DNA of 64,000 nt from a virus, in IMG/VR virus record IMGVR_UViG_3300005263_000012, positions 25,431 to 89,430 of that record. The stretch is one strand, 5' to 3'. A program made the position numbers and the translations under genes. A model generated the notes under the pieces. The model searched no databases. It was not told the DNA's origin and saw nothing but the letters and a program-made list of their open reading frames with translations. Of the stretch, positions 1-8,813 are shown in pieces. Within the stretch, counting starts at the first letter, position 1. Each line of letters starts with the position of its first letter.

Positions 1-142
1 ATCCATGCTTGACTAGTACAGCTTCAATAACTTCATTTGCTTCAAAACCAAGACGGAATAATAGTTCCTCTCGGGTGTTGTCGGAATGGCCTCTTTCTTT
101 TGCAATTATGACGGCATGTTTTTGAAGATCGTGGAGTTCCAA

Positions 143-595
143 TTAATAGCCCCCAGGTAAAACAGTTCGTGACCAGACAACAGCACCTTTTGGGGGTTTA
201 TAAGGAATCGGTTCAGAGAATTTAACCGGTCTCCGTAGATGCCAGAAATATAAATCTCCATACTCCACGTATAATTTATTTTTTAGAACAGTACTAATTG
301 GAGCTAAATGTTCATTTTTATACAGATCATATTCAATCCCATCATTACAACTAGAAGATGCTACAATTTCAACGGTTCCTAATATCACACCTTTAGAATA
401 TTCACCGTCCCTTGTTTTTTGTATTTTTAATTCTTTATCAAAATAAAAGTCAGTGATTTTCGTAGTGCTTGAATAAATTGCAACTCGTTCTTTTATAGTG
501 GTCGGCCTGCTCCTCGCTTCAATAGTTTTCAACCCTTCGACAATCAAAGAAGCCCACGGTTGTCTAACTGCAAGAACTCTAATTTCTTCAGACAT
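143..595 (-). CDS. ASCH-domain protein
   Basis: N-terminus VLAVRQPWASLIVEGLKTIEARSR matches the ASCH signature (LSxxQPWAxLIxxGxKxxExR); G-x-IxGxV core follows. Confidence 0.85.
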   Translation of the reverse strand: MSEEIRVLAVRQPWASLIVEGLKTIEARSRPTTIKERVAIYSSTTKITDFYFDKELKIQKTRDGEYSKGVILGTVEIVASSSCNDGIEYDLYKNEHLAPISTVLKNKLYVEYGDLYFWHLRRPVKFSEPIPYKPPKGAVVWSRTVLPGGY

Positions 596-598
596 TAT

Positions 599-847
599 TT
601 AAGCCCCGAGCATACACTTAATCATTTCTTGTTCTTTCTTCCATGCCTGATATTCAGCATCTTCCTTCTGCACACATTCCCCGCAGATGATCTTTCCATG
701 ATTCTGTATAGCCTTCCTTGCAGAGTCTTCGCCTAGTGGTCTGCCACATTTGCAAAACCATGAATAGACTGGTTTTGATTCGGTGAGAGTTCGAGAAAAG
801 CGAACTTCTTCGGTTGTGGTTATGGGGGGCGGGAGTTCAGCAGACAT
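599..847 (-). CDS. Small Zn-finger hypothetical protein
   Basis: CKCG...CGEC; abuts neighbouring ORFs. Confidence 0.55.
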   Translation of the reverse strand: MSAELPPPITTTEEVRFSRTLTESKPVYSWFCKCGRPLGEDSARKAIQNHGKIICGECVQKEDAEYQAWKKEQEMIKCMLGA

Positions 848-1042
848 TTAAACCCCCTTATCAATTTCTTCAACTATCAATCCAGCAGGTACAGTATACA
901 CAATTGCGTCACGTCCATCGATCAACGCATAACCTGTACTGGTTTCACGGATGTAACGAGCTTCTTTTACTTCGATAAGTAGCTTATCTCCGAATAGTGA
1001 GCCAGGTTCAGTTGATATGATACTGATTTTAAATTTTGCCAT
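848..1042 (-). CDS. Hypothetical protein
   Basis: ORF track; tightly packed in minus-strand operon. Confidence 0.55.
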   Translation of the reverse strand: MAKFKISIISTEPGSLFGDKLLIEVKEARYIRETSTGYALIDGRDAIVYTVPAGLIVEEIDKGV

Positions 1043-1045
1043 GAT

Positions 1046-1240
1046 TTATCCCTTCTTTTCAGCCATTCGTTCCTCTAAAGTTTTCTCCGGCAACACTTCC
1101 TTTGTGATCGATAACACATTTTCAGGAATGTAGATCTCATTAACTAAGTCAAAAAATTTAGTCATGATGTGAGTTACACGCTGTTCGACTATTACGGCAG
1201 CGTTGTCTGTGTCAATTTCTATAGTGTATTTGCATCTCAC
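1046..1240 (-). CDS. Hypothetical protein
   Basis: ORF track; tight operon spacing. Confidence 0.5.
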   Translation of the reverse strand: MRCKYTIEIDTDNAAVIVEQRVTHIMTKFFDLVNEIYIPENVLSITKEVLPEKTLEERMAEKKG

Positions 1241-1243
1241 GTT

Positions 1244-1534
1244 TTAGTTCTCCTGTTCTTCATTTCTTGCTTTAATTCCGGCTTCCGTAATTACCCAATA
1301 ATATGCCTTTTCCTTCCTCTTTTCAATTCGCTGAACAAGTCCTTCTTTCTGAAGATCCTGTAAGGTTTCATTAAACCATTTCAGGGTTGCTTTTTCATAT
1401 TCTGGAAATTTTACTACAAGATCTTCTTTGATTAATGAGGTTTTTAGCTCATCATTAGATAAAACTGTCAATATTTTCAATGGATCGTATTTTTTAGGGA
1501 ATCTGTGAGGTTTCCCTGATTTGTTCGATTTCAC
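1244..1534 (-). CDS. Winged-helix DNA-binding protein
   Basis: TLQDLQKEGLVQR...YYWVITEAG is a typical wHTH recognition helix plus wing. Confidence 0.65.
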   Translation of the reverse strand: MKSNKSGKPHRFPKKYDPLKILTVLSNDELKTSLIKEDLVVKFPEYEKATLKWFNETLQDLQKEGLVQRIEKRKEKAYYWVITEAGIKARNEEQEN

Positions 1535-1538
1535 AGTT

Positions 1539-1838
1539 TCACTCCTTTACCTTTTCAAGGAAATCTTGATTTAACGAGTGCTCAAATTGTGGGAAGTCGT
1601 CAATGTGTACAACAATAATTGTTTTATATACTTTCCCAGATGGATCTGAATAACTCAATCCAGTTGCGTAATCTGTACGCTGTTCTCTTAACTCTTCAAC
1701 ATGGCAGTCTGTGACTTTACCTCTTCTATATAATGGAAAATCATTATGTCCAAATAATTTGTTATGATCTTCAGCCATCAGCCTATATTTCTCGTTTGTC
1801 TCTACTTCATCGCCAATCCGAAATTTCGATACTACCAT
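1539..1838 (-). CDS. Hypothetical protein (SH3/KOW-like start)
   Basis: FRIGDEVET start; first gene after the divergent promoter at about 1850-1930. Confidence 0.55.
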   Translation of the reverse strand: MVVSKFRIGDEVETNEKYRLMAEDHNKLFGHNDFPLYRRGKVTDCHVEELREQRTDYATGLSYSDPSGKVYKTIIVVHIDDFPQFEHSLNQDFLEKVKE

Positions 1839-2115
1839 TCTATAATCACATCCTTTTCGTGTATTCTCCTATATGAAATACAAACTATATAAATCTTGTG
1901 TTGGTTGCAACTTACACATACATTTAAATACTACTTCTGCGTATATATGAGTATGTCAAGGGCATAAGCTGCCATGAAGAAAAGGAGATAATAAAATGTA
2001 TATTGTGAAATCAATAGAAAAGTTTGAGACTTTCGAAGATGCTGTTTATTTTTTGATGAGCCACATTGCTGAAGCTGGTGTCGATGAAGATTTTGAGGTC
2101 GTGGAGGTATAATAA

Positions 2116-2385
2116 ATGAAAGATTTCGACGCATTCAAAGAACTCACTGGTGGGAAAGTGGTAAAAATAACAGGAGCTTACGTTTTTCCCGCTATCGATG
2201 GAATGATTATTGAAAACAATGGAAGGTTTTACAAACTAACTTCTGAAAAACTGATTGATATCGAGGAAATTGGGCTTACCGATAAAGATGCAGCAAGAGT
2301 AAAGCTCGAACGTGAGAAAGAGGAACTTGAACAGAGGCTTAAAGAAATCAATGCCGGGTTTAAACTTATTGATAAGTTGGAGTAG
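2116..2385 (+). CDS. Hypothetical protein with C-terminal coiled coil
   Basis: GGAGG RBS upstream; ORF track. Confidence 0.6.
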   Translation: MKDFDAFKELTGGKVVKITGAYVFPAIDGMIIENNGRFYKLTSEKLIDIEEIGLTDKDAARVKLEREKEELEQRLKEINAGFKLIDKLE

Positions 2386-2390
2386 ATATT

Positions 2391-2756
2391 ATGAGAATGT
2401 GGCATCTCGACCCTAGATTCTTCTGTAGGCCCCATCTCTTGGGCGCACATAAAGAAATCCACACCGGTGAATGGTACATCCAACATGAAAAATATAACAC
2501 ACTTCACGGCCATGAAGCAAAAAAGCAGTTTGATGTGACACTTCTTATACATGATCATGATGAGATTGCCGCAGAGTTACTGCGAAGGGGATACAAACAT
2601 CATAGTCCTATTAAGCAGGATACTCATGAGAAGATCGAGAGGTACACTGAGCAGTTCGGTGTATTTCCTGTTGATGTTAAGATGAATTTGGAGGATTTAT
2701 TGGGGAGATGTCCTGAGTGCAGGGCTAATTATGAGAAATTGTATGGAGTGATATAA
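2391..2756 (+). CDS. Pyrimidine-dimer DNA glycosylase (T4 endonuclease V-like) family protein
   Basis: MRMWHLDPRFFCRPHLLGAHKEIH matches the MRMWxxxPxxLxxxHLLGEHxE family start; H...E...RGY.H.SP later. Confidence 0.75.
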   Translation: MRMWHLDPRFFCRPHLLGAHKEIHTGEWYIQHEKYNTLHGHEAKKQFDVTLLIHDHDEIAAELLRRGYKHHSPIKQDTHEKIERYTEQFGVFPVDVKMNLEDLLGRCPECRANYEKLYGVI

Positions 2757-2903
2757 AATGTTTGTAGTTAGAGGATGTCATAACAACGAGTCACAAATAT
2801 CAAATTTTTGTAGATTTTGTAAGCTTGAGAATGAACCACATGACTGTGACGAATATCGAATTCATAATGAAATGAATGTTACTCTTTCGTGGGAGGAATA
2901 AAA

Positions 2904-3089
2904 ATGAAAAATCAAGAAATAGTAGCCCTAAACGAAGAACGAAAAGAACTTCATTTAGAATATAACAAACTAGTAAGAGAGTATTTAGAATTCAAAGATC
3001 AGTACATAGGAAAAATGTCTGGACTTGGTGAGAAGATCCATATTGTTGATGCGAAGTTGAAGAGCTTAAGAACACCTGTTGAGGACTAA
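2904..3089 (+). CDS. Hypothetical coiled-coil protein
   Basis: GGAGG RBS before the ATG at 2904. Confidence 0.55.
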   Translation: MKNQEIVALNEERKELHLEYNKLVREYLEFKDQYIGKMSGLGEKIHIVDAKLKSLRTPVED

Positions 3090-3091
3090 AA

Positions 3092-3304
3092 ATGAATGAA
3101 TCATACAAACAAACCGGAATTATAAAAGAAGCTGTATTCAATTACATAAAAGAACATAACGGCGAATGCGACTTAGTTGACGTTGCTTGCCAATTTAAAG
3201 AATATACGATAGATATTCCTGGGCTGGCAGTTCAAGAGCTTATTGATGAGGGAAGAGTTAGACGTAGAGATGATGTGGGGAATAGATTATATGTTACAGA
3301 ATAG
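3092..3304 (+). CDS. Small winged-helix-like protein
   Basis: AVFNYIKEH...AVQELIDEGRVRR pattern. Confidence 0.5.
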   Translation: MNESYKQTGIIKEAVFNYIKEHNGECDLVDVACQFKEYTIDIPGLAVQELIDEGRVRRRDDVGNRLYVTE

Positions 3305-3510
3305 AAAGATATGAATTCATTAAATTCTTTTTTATATTTTCTGTTTAATTCTCAGCCATTTTAAGCTCTTTTTTTGACCCCTTTAATACGAATACACTAG
3401 GACATGATTGGACGTTGTGTGAAGAGGCTGAGAATTTGTTTGTGATTGTGTATGAAGGTTGGATTATATTTTATACTCTATTATATTCACTATAAACTTA
3501 TAAAAGAAAG

Positions 3511-3548
3511 TTTTAAATACTTTCAAGTACTTTAGTACTTAAGTACTA
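3511..3548 (+). promoter_or_regulatory. TATA box followed by three tandem (A/T)AGTACT(T/A) boxes; probable RHH operator
   Basis: TTTTAAATA at 3511; AAGTACTT-TAGTACTT-AAGTACTA at 3525-3548, directly before the RHH ORF. Confidence 0.6.
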
Positions 3549-3559
3549 AGAGGGATGTT

Positions 3560-3742
3560 ATGAAAAAAGAAGATACCAAAGAAGAAAAAGAAGAATTCAC
3601 GAAAGCAACCGTCAGCAGGCGGGTGAACAAAATTCTAAACAGGATAGCTCTTGATGAAGAAGTATATGTCTATCAATTGATAGAAAAGATGGCAAGAGAA
3701 AAGTATCCGGAATACTTTCGAGGAAAAAAAGTGAATATATAA
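3560..3742 (+). CDS. Ribbon-helix-helix-like regulator
   Basis: TKATVSRRVNKILNRIA...VYQLIEKM beta-helix-helix pattern; 60 aa. Confidence 0.55.
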   Translation: MKKEDTKEEKEEFTKATVSRRVNKILNRIALDEEVYVYQLIEKMAREKYPEYFRGKKVNI

Positions 3743-3910
3743 AAATGAGAACAATAAGCAACGGGAATGTTGGAGCATCCCCGGAGCCTTGGATAATAAG
3801 GACAAATTACCCCTTATCCTACATCGGCAATAAAGGATATGGCGTTTTTTGCATTTATAACTTATTGTTAAGATCTCTTTTTGCTTGTGTGTTCTCCTGT
3901 AGGTGTAACT

Positions 3911-4420
3911 ATGGGACGACGTGGAAGACCAACTATCTTAGAGAAAAGAACAAACACTAGCATCAGTCTACCTCAAGATGATTTAGACTTCATAAAATCG
4001 TTAGGAAAGGAAAATTCCGTTTTTATAAGAGAGCTGATTGCTGAAAAAAGAAAAAGTGTGGAATCTCCTATAGGTAAAATTCGACAGGAAATAGCCGAAC
4101 GAAAAAAGCACGTGGAAGACGAGTTACTGTTAATTCAGCTGTTGGAAACTCGACTCATAGAGGAAGAAGAAAAGGCAAAACGTGAACAGGAAGAAAAGGC
4201 AGTAGAGGACGAAAATAGAGCAAAATTGAAGGAGTTTATTGTTAGTCGTTTTAGTTTCATTACTAATCACCATCAGCCTAAAGACTTTTTAGACTATTTG
4301 TGTGATACATACAGCTTGAAAGACAATCAAGAAGCGAGAAAGTGTATTTTTGATACTCTTATAGAAGCTGGGCACTCTGAAGATCGATTGAAGAAAATAA
4401 AGATGTTAAAAGGAATTTGA
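3911..4420 (+). CDS. RHH (CopG-like) protein with coiled coil and C-terminal helical domain
   Basis: ATG at 3911 after AGGTG; GRPT...NTSISLPQDDLDFIKSLG...SVFIRELI. Confidence 0.65.
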   Translation: MGRRGRPTILEKRTNTSISLPQDDLDFIKSLGKENSVFIRELIAEKRKSVESPIGKIRQEIAERKKHVEDELLLIQLLETRLIEEEEKAKREQEEKAVEDENRAKLKEFIVSRFSFITNHHQPKDFLDYLCDTYSLKDNQEARKCIFDTLIEAGHSEDRLKKIKMLKGI

Positions 4421-4624
4421 TATTAATAAACTTGGATTTAATAATATGTAATTCGGAGATGAGAATAATACTATACTACTATTGAAGGGAATTAAATATT
4501 TAATATATTTAATATTTAATTCTGTTAAGAATAGATATAGATAGATAGGTAGATTTGAATTATGTAATAATAAAATGCAATTAATTAATATGAAATTACA
4601 CCGATACTGTTTTGGGGAAATGTT

Positions 4625-5545
4625 ATGAAACAATCATTATGTTCAAATGGGATTCTAGATCCAACTTCTGATTATGGGCGAGCTACCATCACAGAATATG
4701 TAGTACTAAACGTATTAGGAGATTGCACTAAGGAAAAATTGAACGCTCCTTACGATTTGACTTCAAAAAAATATGGTTCAATCAATGTAAAAAGTTCAAA
4801 GAAACACAACTCAAGAGATATTCCTTTCTGGGAATTTAGTAAACGTTCTGGATCATATATCCCTAATTTCTATGCGTGTCTCGCTATGAGCGACTACCAC
4901 CATGTAATAAGGCATGTATGGATAATCCCAGTGAATTTTTGTGATATCGAAAGCAAAGGTATTAGAATAAATTGCCGTGGGCAAGGGTATGAACAATTTG
5001 AAAAGTATGAAGTGGATGCAGAGCCATATGATAAAGCATATAGGGAATTTGATAATACTAAATATCTTGAATTTTGTAACATTAAAAAATCTGAATTCTT
5101 TAAGAAGCAATTGTGTGAGATCCCACATAATCCTGATAAAACGCGTTATGAAGAGTATTTAAGATGGGTTGATGAAAACGAATTCAATAAAAATTTCGAT
5201 CCCGAAACAGGAGATGTAAGCGTATTCCCTAACATACATGTTATTCCATATACTGAAAATTTATTTCCCGTATATAGTCACAATGGAACATACATAGGAT
5301 TCGTGGAAAATGGGATTTTTACTAATATCACTGAAAAAAACAAAACCAGGATCTCAATGGTTATGCGATTACGAAGTATGATTAAATCTTTAACTAAGTA
5401 TGAAGGGAAAGCAAATTTTAAATACATATTTGAAAAATTCGGAGATATGGATATTAATAGATATTTGAAAATATTAATAGATGATGGATACATTCGTTCG
5501 ATCAGCGATTGTGATTATGAATATATAAAAAAGGATATAATATGA
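4625..5545 (+). CDS. Putative PD-(D/E)XK-fold endonuclease with C-terminal winged helix
   Basis: E...PYDL...GSINVKSS...W.F...VWIIP resembles a PD-(D/E)xK core; C-terminus YLKILIDDGYI. Confidence 0.5.
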   Translation: MKQSLCSNGILDPTSDYGRATITEYVVLNVLGDCTKEKLNAPYDLTSKKYGSINVKSSKKHNSRDIPFWEFSKRSGSYIPNFYACLAMSDYHHVIRHVWIIPVNFCDIESKGIRINCRGQGYEQFEKYEVDAEPYDKAYREFDNTKYLEFCNIKKSEFFKKQLCEIPHNPDKTRYEEYLRWVDENEFNKNFDPETGDVSVFPNIHVIPYTENLFPVYSHNGTYIGFVENGIFTNITEKNKTRISMVMRLRSMIKSLTKYEGKANFKYIFEKFGDMDINRYLKILIDDGYIRSISDCDYEYIKKDII

Positions 5546-5645
5546 GGATTACGAAGCTTGATTTAGAGCCGTATACTGTTGATGATTGGATTAAGGCCAT
5601 TTTACAAGATTCTGAGTTTGAAAGAGTAAAAGAAGGTGAAAATCA

Positions 5646-5981
5646 ATGACCAAAAAGAAAATGCCAATAAATTCATGTTTCTGCGACTGCTCAAATTTCA
5701 AAGAAGCTCAGAACCTCGGCGATCCAGATATATGCACAGTAAATAACAGAATTGTATACTGTGACGAGGACTATAAAGACGGAACAAATATTCCGGTATG
5801 GTGTCCGAACCCTAATTCCGTGAAAGTGATTGAGAAGTGTTCTGAATGTAACAGGCAATGCGGATTTAAGGGGTATTGTTGGGAATTACATAGGATAGTT
5901 AACCTAGAATATATTGATAAGGATTGTCCTTTCGAAGATGCCGTTAAGGATTCTCGGGAATTTGGGTTCTGTTTTAAATAA
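5646..5981 (+). CDS. Cys-rich hypothetical protein (two CxxC...CP repeats)
   Basis: CDC...C...WCP and CSEC...C..C...CPF. Confidence 0.55.
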   Translation: MTKKKMPINSCFCDCSNFKEAQNLGDPDICTVNNRIVYCDEDYKDGTNIPVWCPNPNSVKVIEKCSECNRQCGFKGYCWELHRIVNLEYIDKDCPFEDAVKDSREFGFCFK

Positions 5982-6286
5982 TATTTAATTCATTTTTGTA
6001 ATACATAATTCCCTCAATTCGAACCCCCTACATTAACTTCTTTTTTGTATCCTCGTCTAATTCCTTCAATTCATGAGAAATAATTGATTGTGGGGGCTCT
6101 AAGTGGGTTGTAAGTGTATTGTATGACTGTTTGATATAAATTATATCCACAAGGTACATAATAATTAAAAAACTAGGTTTTCGATGAAAACTATGAAAAC
6201 GTAGTAAACTATAAATATAAGGTTTGTGTATTATAGTATAGATCAAAGTAAAACGGACTTAACAAGAACCAAAGGAGAAATTAAAC

Positions 6287-6520
6287 ATGGAAATTCTTAA
6301 CGAATGGAGACAGGCTTTTGAAGACAACTTTGACTACAAGATAACAGGAAACTGTGGATATCTTAAATTTATAGACGGTAAAAAATTTACATTCAAAACT
6401 GAAAATGGAATGAGAAAAGCTTTCAAGAACGCATGGAGTTATGCATTACACCATTTTGTTCATTTTAATCTTTACATGACTTACAGAGAAATCACGGGGA
6501 AATCACTCCTCGATAATTAA
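6287..6520 (+). CDS. Hypothetical protein
   Basis: AGGAG RBS; ORF track. Confidence 0.55.
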   Translation: MEILNEWRQAFEDNFDYKITGNCGYLKFIDGKKFTFKTENGMRKAFKNAWSYALHHFVHFNLYMTYREITGKSLLDN

Positions 6521-6535
6521 TTTTTAGGTGATCTA

Positions 6536-6898
6536 ATGCAAAAAGATAAAGTCTGTATCACTGATGGCCCAATACAAACTCGTGATAACCTTCACGAGTT
6601 CAAAACGGCATATAATAAAGCTCATCCACGTGATAGGATAAAGACGCTGGCTGATGCAATTGAGAAACTTATTGAAATTGCAACTGCTGAGGTTCCGAAA
6701 TTGGAAGAATTGCTTTCACAGAAGAATGCAAAGATTTCAAATTTGGAGGGAAAAATCGAATGGATGAAACCTTTTATGAATGGATGTGCTCAGAAAGACG
6801 AGAAGATTATTGAGCTTGAAAATCAAATTCGAGAACAGAAAAAGAGAATAGAGGAACTTGAGAAGGTTAGAAAAATGATTGAAGGTGAAAATAAATGA
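6536..6898 (+). CDS. Hypothetical coiled-coil protein
   Basis: AGGTGA RBS; heptad-rich C-terminus. Confidence 0.55.
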   Translation: MQKDKVCITDGPIQTRDNLHEFKTAYNKAHPRDRIKTLADAIEKLIEIATAEVPKLEELLSQKNAKISNLEGKIEWMKPFMNGCAQKDEKIIELENQIREQKKRIEELEKVRKMIEGENK

Positions 6899-7191
6899 CT
6901 GAACAATTAAAACCCGGCCCAATAAAAGGCCCACACATCAGACAATCTCCCCTACTCGAAACATGGGAAATAAGAACCGGTGAGTATCTCGATAAGGACG
7001 GCTGGATATCTTGCAAAAATAAATATCCAATACCAGAAGATACTTTAAAACAGATAGCTATTGATTGGCTTATTAAAAATTGTAATGGTTGTGAAAATGG
7101 GTATACCATGGAGTTGAGAGGCAAAGCTAAAGACGGCAAACGAGAAAGATTTAAGTTATCTGTTATGAAGGATGGATTTGTAGAGGAGTAA
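6895..7191 (+). CDS. Hypothetical protein
   Basis: ATGA overlap with the upstream ORF. Confidence 0.55.
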   Translation: MTEQLKPGPIKGPHIRQSPLLETWEIRTGEYLDKDGWISCKNKYPIPEDTLKQIAIDWLIKNCNGCENGYTMELRGKAKDGKRERFKLSVMKDGFVEE

Positions 7192-7300
7192 CCATGCTTA
7201 AAAAACTCAAACCCTACGCTATTATTGTCCTAATACTTTTAGCACTAATCTTTTTTAGATGGTGCTTGATGCAAGCTGCTAGTATCTTAGGAGGACTGAA

Positions 7301-7489
7301 ATGAAAAAATATGAAGTATATGCAACCATAACAGCAAAAATCTATCTCGGTGAATACACCGCGAAAAACCGAATAGAAGCCGCAAAACTCGTCATAGAAG
7401 GTGCCGAACAGCTAAAGGCTGATTTATGCGTTGAAGGTCTTGAGGATGTTTCTGTGGTGCCTTATGACTCGGTGGAAGTGGAAGAGTAA
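7301..7489 (+). CDS. Hypothetical protein
   Basis: GGAGG RBS; ORF track. Confidence 0.55.
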   Translation: MKKYEVYATITAKIYLGEYTAKNRIEAAKLVIEGAEQLKADLCVEGLEDVSVVPYDSVEVEE

Positions 7490-7683
7490 TCATGTCATCC
7501 GCTCCTGAATACGACGAAATCGAATTTTGTAAGGTGTTGAGATATTCGGTGAGGATTGATGGGATGGAGAAGAGGAAGGAAAAACAGAAAGATCGGTATA
7601 TAAAAAGCTGAATGAGAAGTAATTATTTTTTAAAAAAGTTACTTTTAATTTGCCAAAAAAAACGGAGCTTACTTATTAATAAA

Positions 7684-8106
7684 TTAGACCAGTGCATCAT
7701 ATAACTCATCCATCTTAGAAGTATGTGCCTCTCCCTTTTCCTGCAAATCATTAACAACGCTCTGACATTCATTTAAATATTCACTAAACAATTCTTTATT
7801 TTCTCCATCCTGGCTACTTAACCAACGCCATTCAATAACGGCTAACTGATTATTAGTAGATCTAAGCCTATACTCCGTAGGATCAGCTAAAGTATTACTC
7901 ATTAGTGTGTGTACCTCAATTGCCTTGTTCGAAAATTCATCAAAGTTCTTTGCCTCTTCGATATACTGTTCAGTAACACTCTCACTTATCGGAGCGTGCA
8001 CTATATCTGCCGCGCTGTATCCTCCGGAAAACGCAGACAGCACTAAAAAGATCGCAGTATACATCTGGATATAAGCATAATCATTCAGTTTAAACATCAG
8101 TGTCAC
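7684..8106 (-). CDS. Secreted or membrane-anchored hypothetical protein
   Basis: Hydrophobic N-terminal segment (YTAIFLVLSAFSGGYSAA) followed by an acidic helical domain. Confidence 0.55.
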   Translation of the reverse strand: MTLMFKLNDYAYIQMYTAIFLVLSAFSGGYSAADIVHAPISESVTEQYIEEAKNFDEFSNKAIEVHTLMSNTLADPTEYRLRSTNNQLAVIEWRWLSSQDGENKELFSEYLNECQSVVNDLQEKGEAHTSKMDELYDALV

Positions 8107-8456
8107 CTTTTTTTTACATATATGATAACTCTTTTATCTTTACAAATTTTTGGAAATCTGATAAAATTACTCTCTGTGATAAAATAAGGTTTTCCCTTTT
8201 CATTGCCTTTAGTTTTCCTAACTTCTATCCATGTTTTTTTATTATGTAATAAATATTTTCCACATTCTATAATACCTTTATTTCGTGTGTTTTTTGGTTC
8301 AGTTATGTAAATCCGCAGTTCGTGACCTTGTAGTGTTGCAGGTAATCTATTAACTCGGCTTTTTTCAAGATTTAAAGATATTTCAAGTTTAAACCATTTA
8401 TCATGTTCAAGCAGGTAATACTCACCTTCAACGGCTGAAACATTAATGTCATTCAT
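8103..8456 (-). CDS. Tandem DUF2080/AbrB-like small DNA-binding protein
   Basis: AGGAG RBS before the ATG at 8456; two repeats ending LPATLQGHELRIYI and FPKICKDKRVIIYV. Confidence 0.45.
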   Translation of the reverse strand: MNDINVSAVEGEYYLLEHDKWFKLEISLNLEKSRVNRLPATLQGHELRIYITEPKNTRNKGIIECGKYLLHNKKTWIEVRKTKGNEKGKPYFITESNFIRFPKICKDKRVIIYVKKR

Positions 8457-8539
8457 GCAATCTCCTTTGATATATTTAGTGTAAACAATATATTTAGTGT
8501 TTGGTATTATTTTTAACATAGCTCGTTACTTAACGATTT

Positions 8540-8812
8540 TTAGACAGGCATTTTCATTTTTTTGTCGCTTGCCCGCCTCGCCCACTTGGGGGATTTAGGA
8601 GGCGTGTACTGAGTGAAACGAATAATATTTCGGGGAAATATAGCGACGTATTCTGAAAGATATCGGAGCGCATTTTGCCCTAAATATATGAGTGTAACGA
8701 AGTAACGAGTTTGATTCGAGGAAGCATACGCCCCGTTTCGTCCAGTGAGCTGGTAAATATCAGCCGGTTTTGGTGTTTTCTGCTTTTTGTGCTCAAAATG
8801 AGATGGAGACAT
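8540..8812 (-). CDS. Hypothetical basic protein, last gene of the VirB4 operon
   Basis: ATG begins 1 nt after the VirB4 stop codon (TAA-T-ATG). Confidence 0.4.
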   Translation of the reverse strand: MSPSHFEHKKQKTPKPADIYQLTGRNGAYASSNQTRYFVTLIYLGQNALRYLSEYVAIFPRNIIRFTQYTPPKSPKWARRASDKKMKMPV

Positions 8813-8813
8813 A

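Noticed and set aside
3745-3960. 71-aa ORF between the RHH genes
   Set aside because: Spans a hairpin, a TATA box and the next gene's RBS; more likely regulatory DNA
6011-6030. TTCGAACC T-loop-like motif
   Set aside because: Flanks do not form a T stem or an acceptor stem
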